From Octopus sinensis (lineage: Eukaryota), in contig NW_021827992.1 in the NCBI RefSeq assembly GCF_006345805.1, positions 1 to 9,259 of the forward strand: a DNA stretch of 9,259 bases, read 5' to 3'. The notes beneath the pieces were generated by a model. That model had not been told where the DNA came from and searched no databases. It saw only the letters and a list, made by a program, of their open reading frames with translations. A program made the translations under genes and the position numbers. Below, piece by piece: positions 7,713 through 9,259 of this stretch (positions are counted from its first letter, which is position 1; each line of letters starts with the position of its first letter).

Positions 7713-7904
7713 TACTCTCTACTCTTTTACTCTTTTACTTGTTTCAGTCATTTGACTGCAACCATGCTGGAGCACCACCTTTAGTCGAGCAAATCGACCC
7801 CGCGACTTATTCTTTTTAAGCCCAGTACTTATTCTGTCGGTCTCTTTTGCCGAACCGGTAAGCATATCGCCCGGCGCCCTAACGTTTCTGCCAGCTCGCC
7901 GCCT
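7713..7904 (-). mobile_element. Chimeric SINE-like sequence: family 1 head joined to family 2 3' end
   Basis: 7863-7904 is the reverse complement of the family 1 head (7080-7121). 7713-7862 is the reverse complement of the family 2 3' end (6710-6852). Confidence 0.85.
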
Positions 7905-7920
7905 TAATATATATATATAT

Positions 7921-8121
7921 TTTCTCTCCTTTTTTTCTCTCCTTTTTTTCTCTCCTTGTTTCTCTCCGTGTTTCTTTTCTGTGTATCTTTCTGTTGAAGA
8001 GCGTAGGCTCGAAACGTAAAAGACTTGTTTTATTTATATTCCTCAGCGCCATACTAATACAATGGTTTTGTTTGTACTCCACCTGCCTTCGTCTTTTGTT
8101 TATTTCACAAAGCTTCCCGTT
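7921..8121 (+). mobile_element. Probable Penelope-like 3' UTR/pseudo-LTR tail, copy 2
   Basis: Pyrimidine-rich leader, hammerhead-like motif and tail homologous to 7494-7622. Flanked by (TA)n on both sides. Confidence 0.65.
7986..8023 (+). ncRNA. Minimal hammerhead-ribozyme-like motif (variant core), copy 2
   Basis: Stem I TCTTT(7986-90)/AAAGA(8019-23), core CTGTTGA (7991-97), stem II GAGC/GCTC with GTAG loop, GAAA, palindromic ACGT in place of stem III, putative GUA cleavage triplet ending at 8018. Confidence 0.55.
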
Positions 8122-8124
8122 ATA

Positions 8125-8184
<60 letters not shown>

Positions 8185-8307
8185 TCTCATATTTTGCATT
8201 CTAATGTTCCTATTTGCATCGCTAAACCTATGTATACATATGTACGTATGCATAAATATATATGTCTATATACAAACGCAACACACACACACACACACAC
8301 ATACACA

Positions 8308-8416
8308 CAGACAAATGGGTGTTGTATCTGTCTCCCCGCCACGATCTGACAAGCGGTGTTGGTTTGGTTACGCCCATGTAACCTATAATTTTGGTAATAA
8401 CGAAACGAGAGAATAA
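8308..8416 (+). mobile_element. Old diverged 3' fragment of SINE-like family 2
   Basis: TGACAAGCGGTGTTGGTTTGGTTACGCCCATGTAAC...AGAATAA aligns loosely with 6675-6743. Confidence 0.55.
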
Positions 8417-8419
8417 ACA

Positions 8420-8700
8420 CGGAACATTAAACCGAAAGAAGCGATGGCTTCTATTTCTTCATTAAAACCCTCGAAGACAAAGCCGGAGCGTTGCCGTACT
8501 ACAATGACCGACAGAAGCGGAAAGATAAAACGGGAAATTATGAAGACGAAGATCAATGGCGGCGAGTGTGAGCGCTCGAAAGTCGTATCAGAAACATTTA
8601 ACTGTGAAAATGTGAATAAACGAAAGACAATGAGAAGAGAAAATGGCCGCCGGAGGATAAGAACGACGCAACACATTTATATTGGCCCAAAACTAACGAC
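8420..8700 (-). promoter_or_regulatory. CpG-rich non-repetitive segment, candidate Pol II promoter/5' UTR
   Basis: Minus strand CCAAT (8685-8681) overlaps TATAAA (8681-8676), followed by YY1-like GGCGGCCATTTT (8651-8640) and GCCGCCATTG (8563-8554). Motif evidence only. Confidence 0.25.
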
Positions 8701-8755
8701 TGACTTGTTGATAGCAATCCTGCTTATATATGTGTATATAATGTGTATATAAGTG

Positions 8756-8795
<40 letters not shown>

Positions 8796-9187
8796 GATAG
8801 ATAGATATAGATAGATAGATATATACAAATATATAGGCATACATATGTATATGCACATACATTTATATATAAACATATAAATGCATAAATGTATATATAT
8901 ATACGGAGTGTATAAATGTATATACATATATATACGGAGTGTATATATGTGTATATTATATAGATGGACGCAAGTGTATGTATATGTATGTTTATATATA
9001 TGTGCTTATGCGTAAAATGAAGAGTGTATGAAAATATATATATAACCATATGTTGGTACATATGTGCAAACGTCTGTCTATATGTATATGCTTAAATAAG
9101 TGTATGCGTAGAAATTTATTCTAAACAAACATACTTATATATTTTATATTATTTCTATAAGCAATTTTTTACACTCACACGGTATAT

Positions 9188-9248
<61 letters not shown>

Positions 9249-9259
9249 ATATAATATAT

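Noticed and set aside
8444-8752. 102 aa basic ORF
   Set aside because: No recognisable domain, purine-biased composition, and it runs into microsatellite.
8889-8950. Two ~32 bp tandem units containing TACGGAGTGTATA
   Set aside because: Ordinary slippage duplication within a TA-rich microsatellite.
3295-9061. Many ORFs rich in YI/IY/HT/CV dipeptides
   Set aside because: They are translations of (TA)n, (CA)n and (TG)n microsatellites, which lack stops in some frames.

Overview
AT-rich, microsatellite-laden eukaryotic non-coding DNA made almost entirely of interspersed repeats. The repeat families resemble those I recall from octopus (cephalopod) genomes, which is recognition rather than a search result. 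No intact gene is supported, and nearly all track ORFs are translated (TA)n/(CA)n or repeat sequence. The window holds five non-autonomous Helitron-like elements (5' TC, 3' hairpin + CTAG, A|T insertion) that share one 3' terminus but carry different bodies. These include a head-to-tail pair, a triplicated 5' module, and insertions into a SINE and into a SINE target-site duplication. About ten fragments of two tRNA-derived SINE-like families are present, including a tandem pair and a chimera. There is also a Penelope-like retroelement remnant (C-terminus of the GIY-YIG endonuclease region) with two oppositely oriented minimal hammerhead-ribozyme-like motifs, both with a non-canonical CUGUNGA core. 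Several inverted repeats and a CpG-rich candidate promoter lie near the right end.
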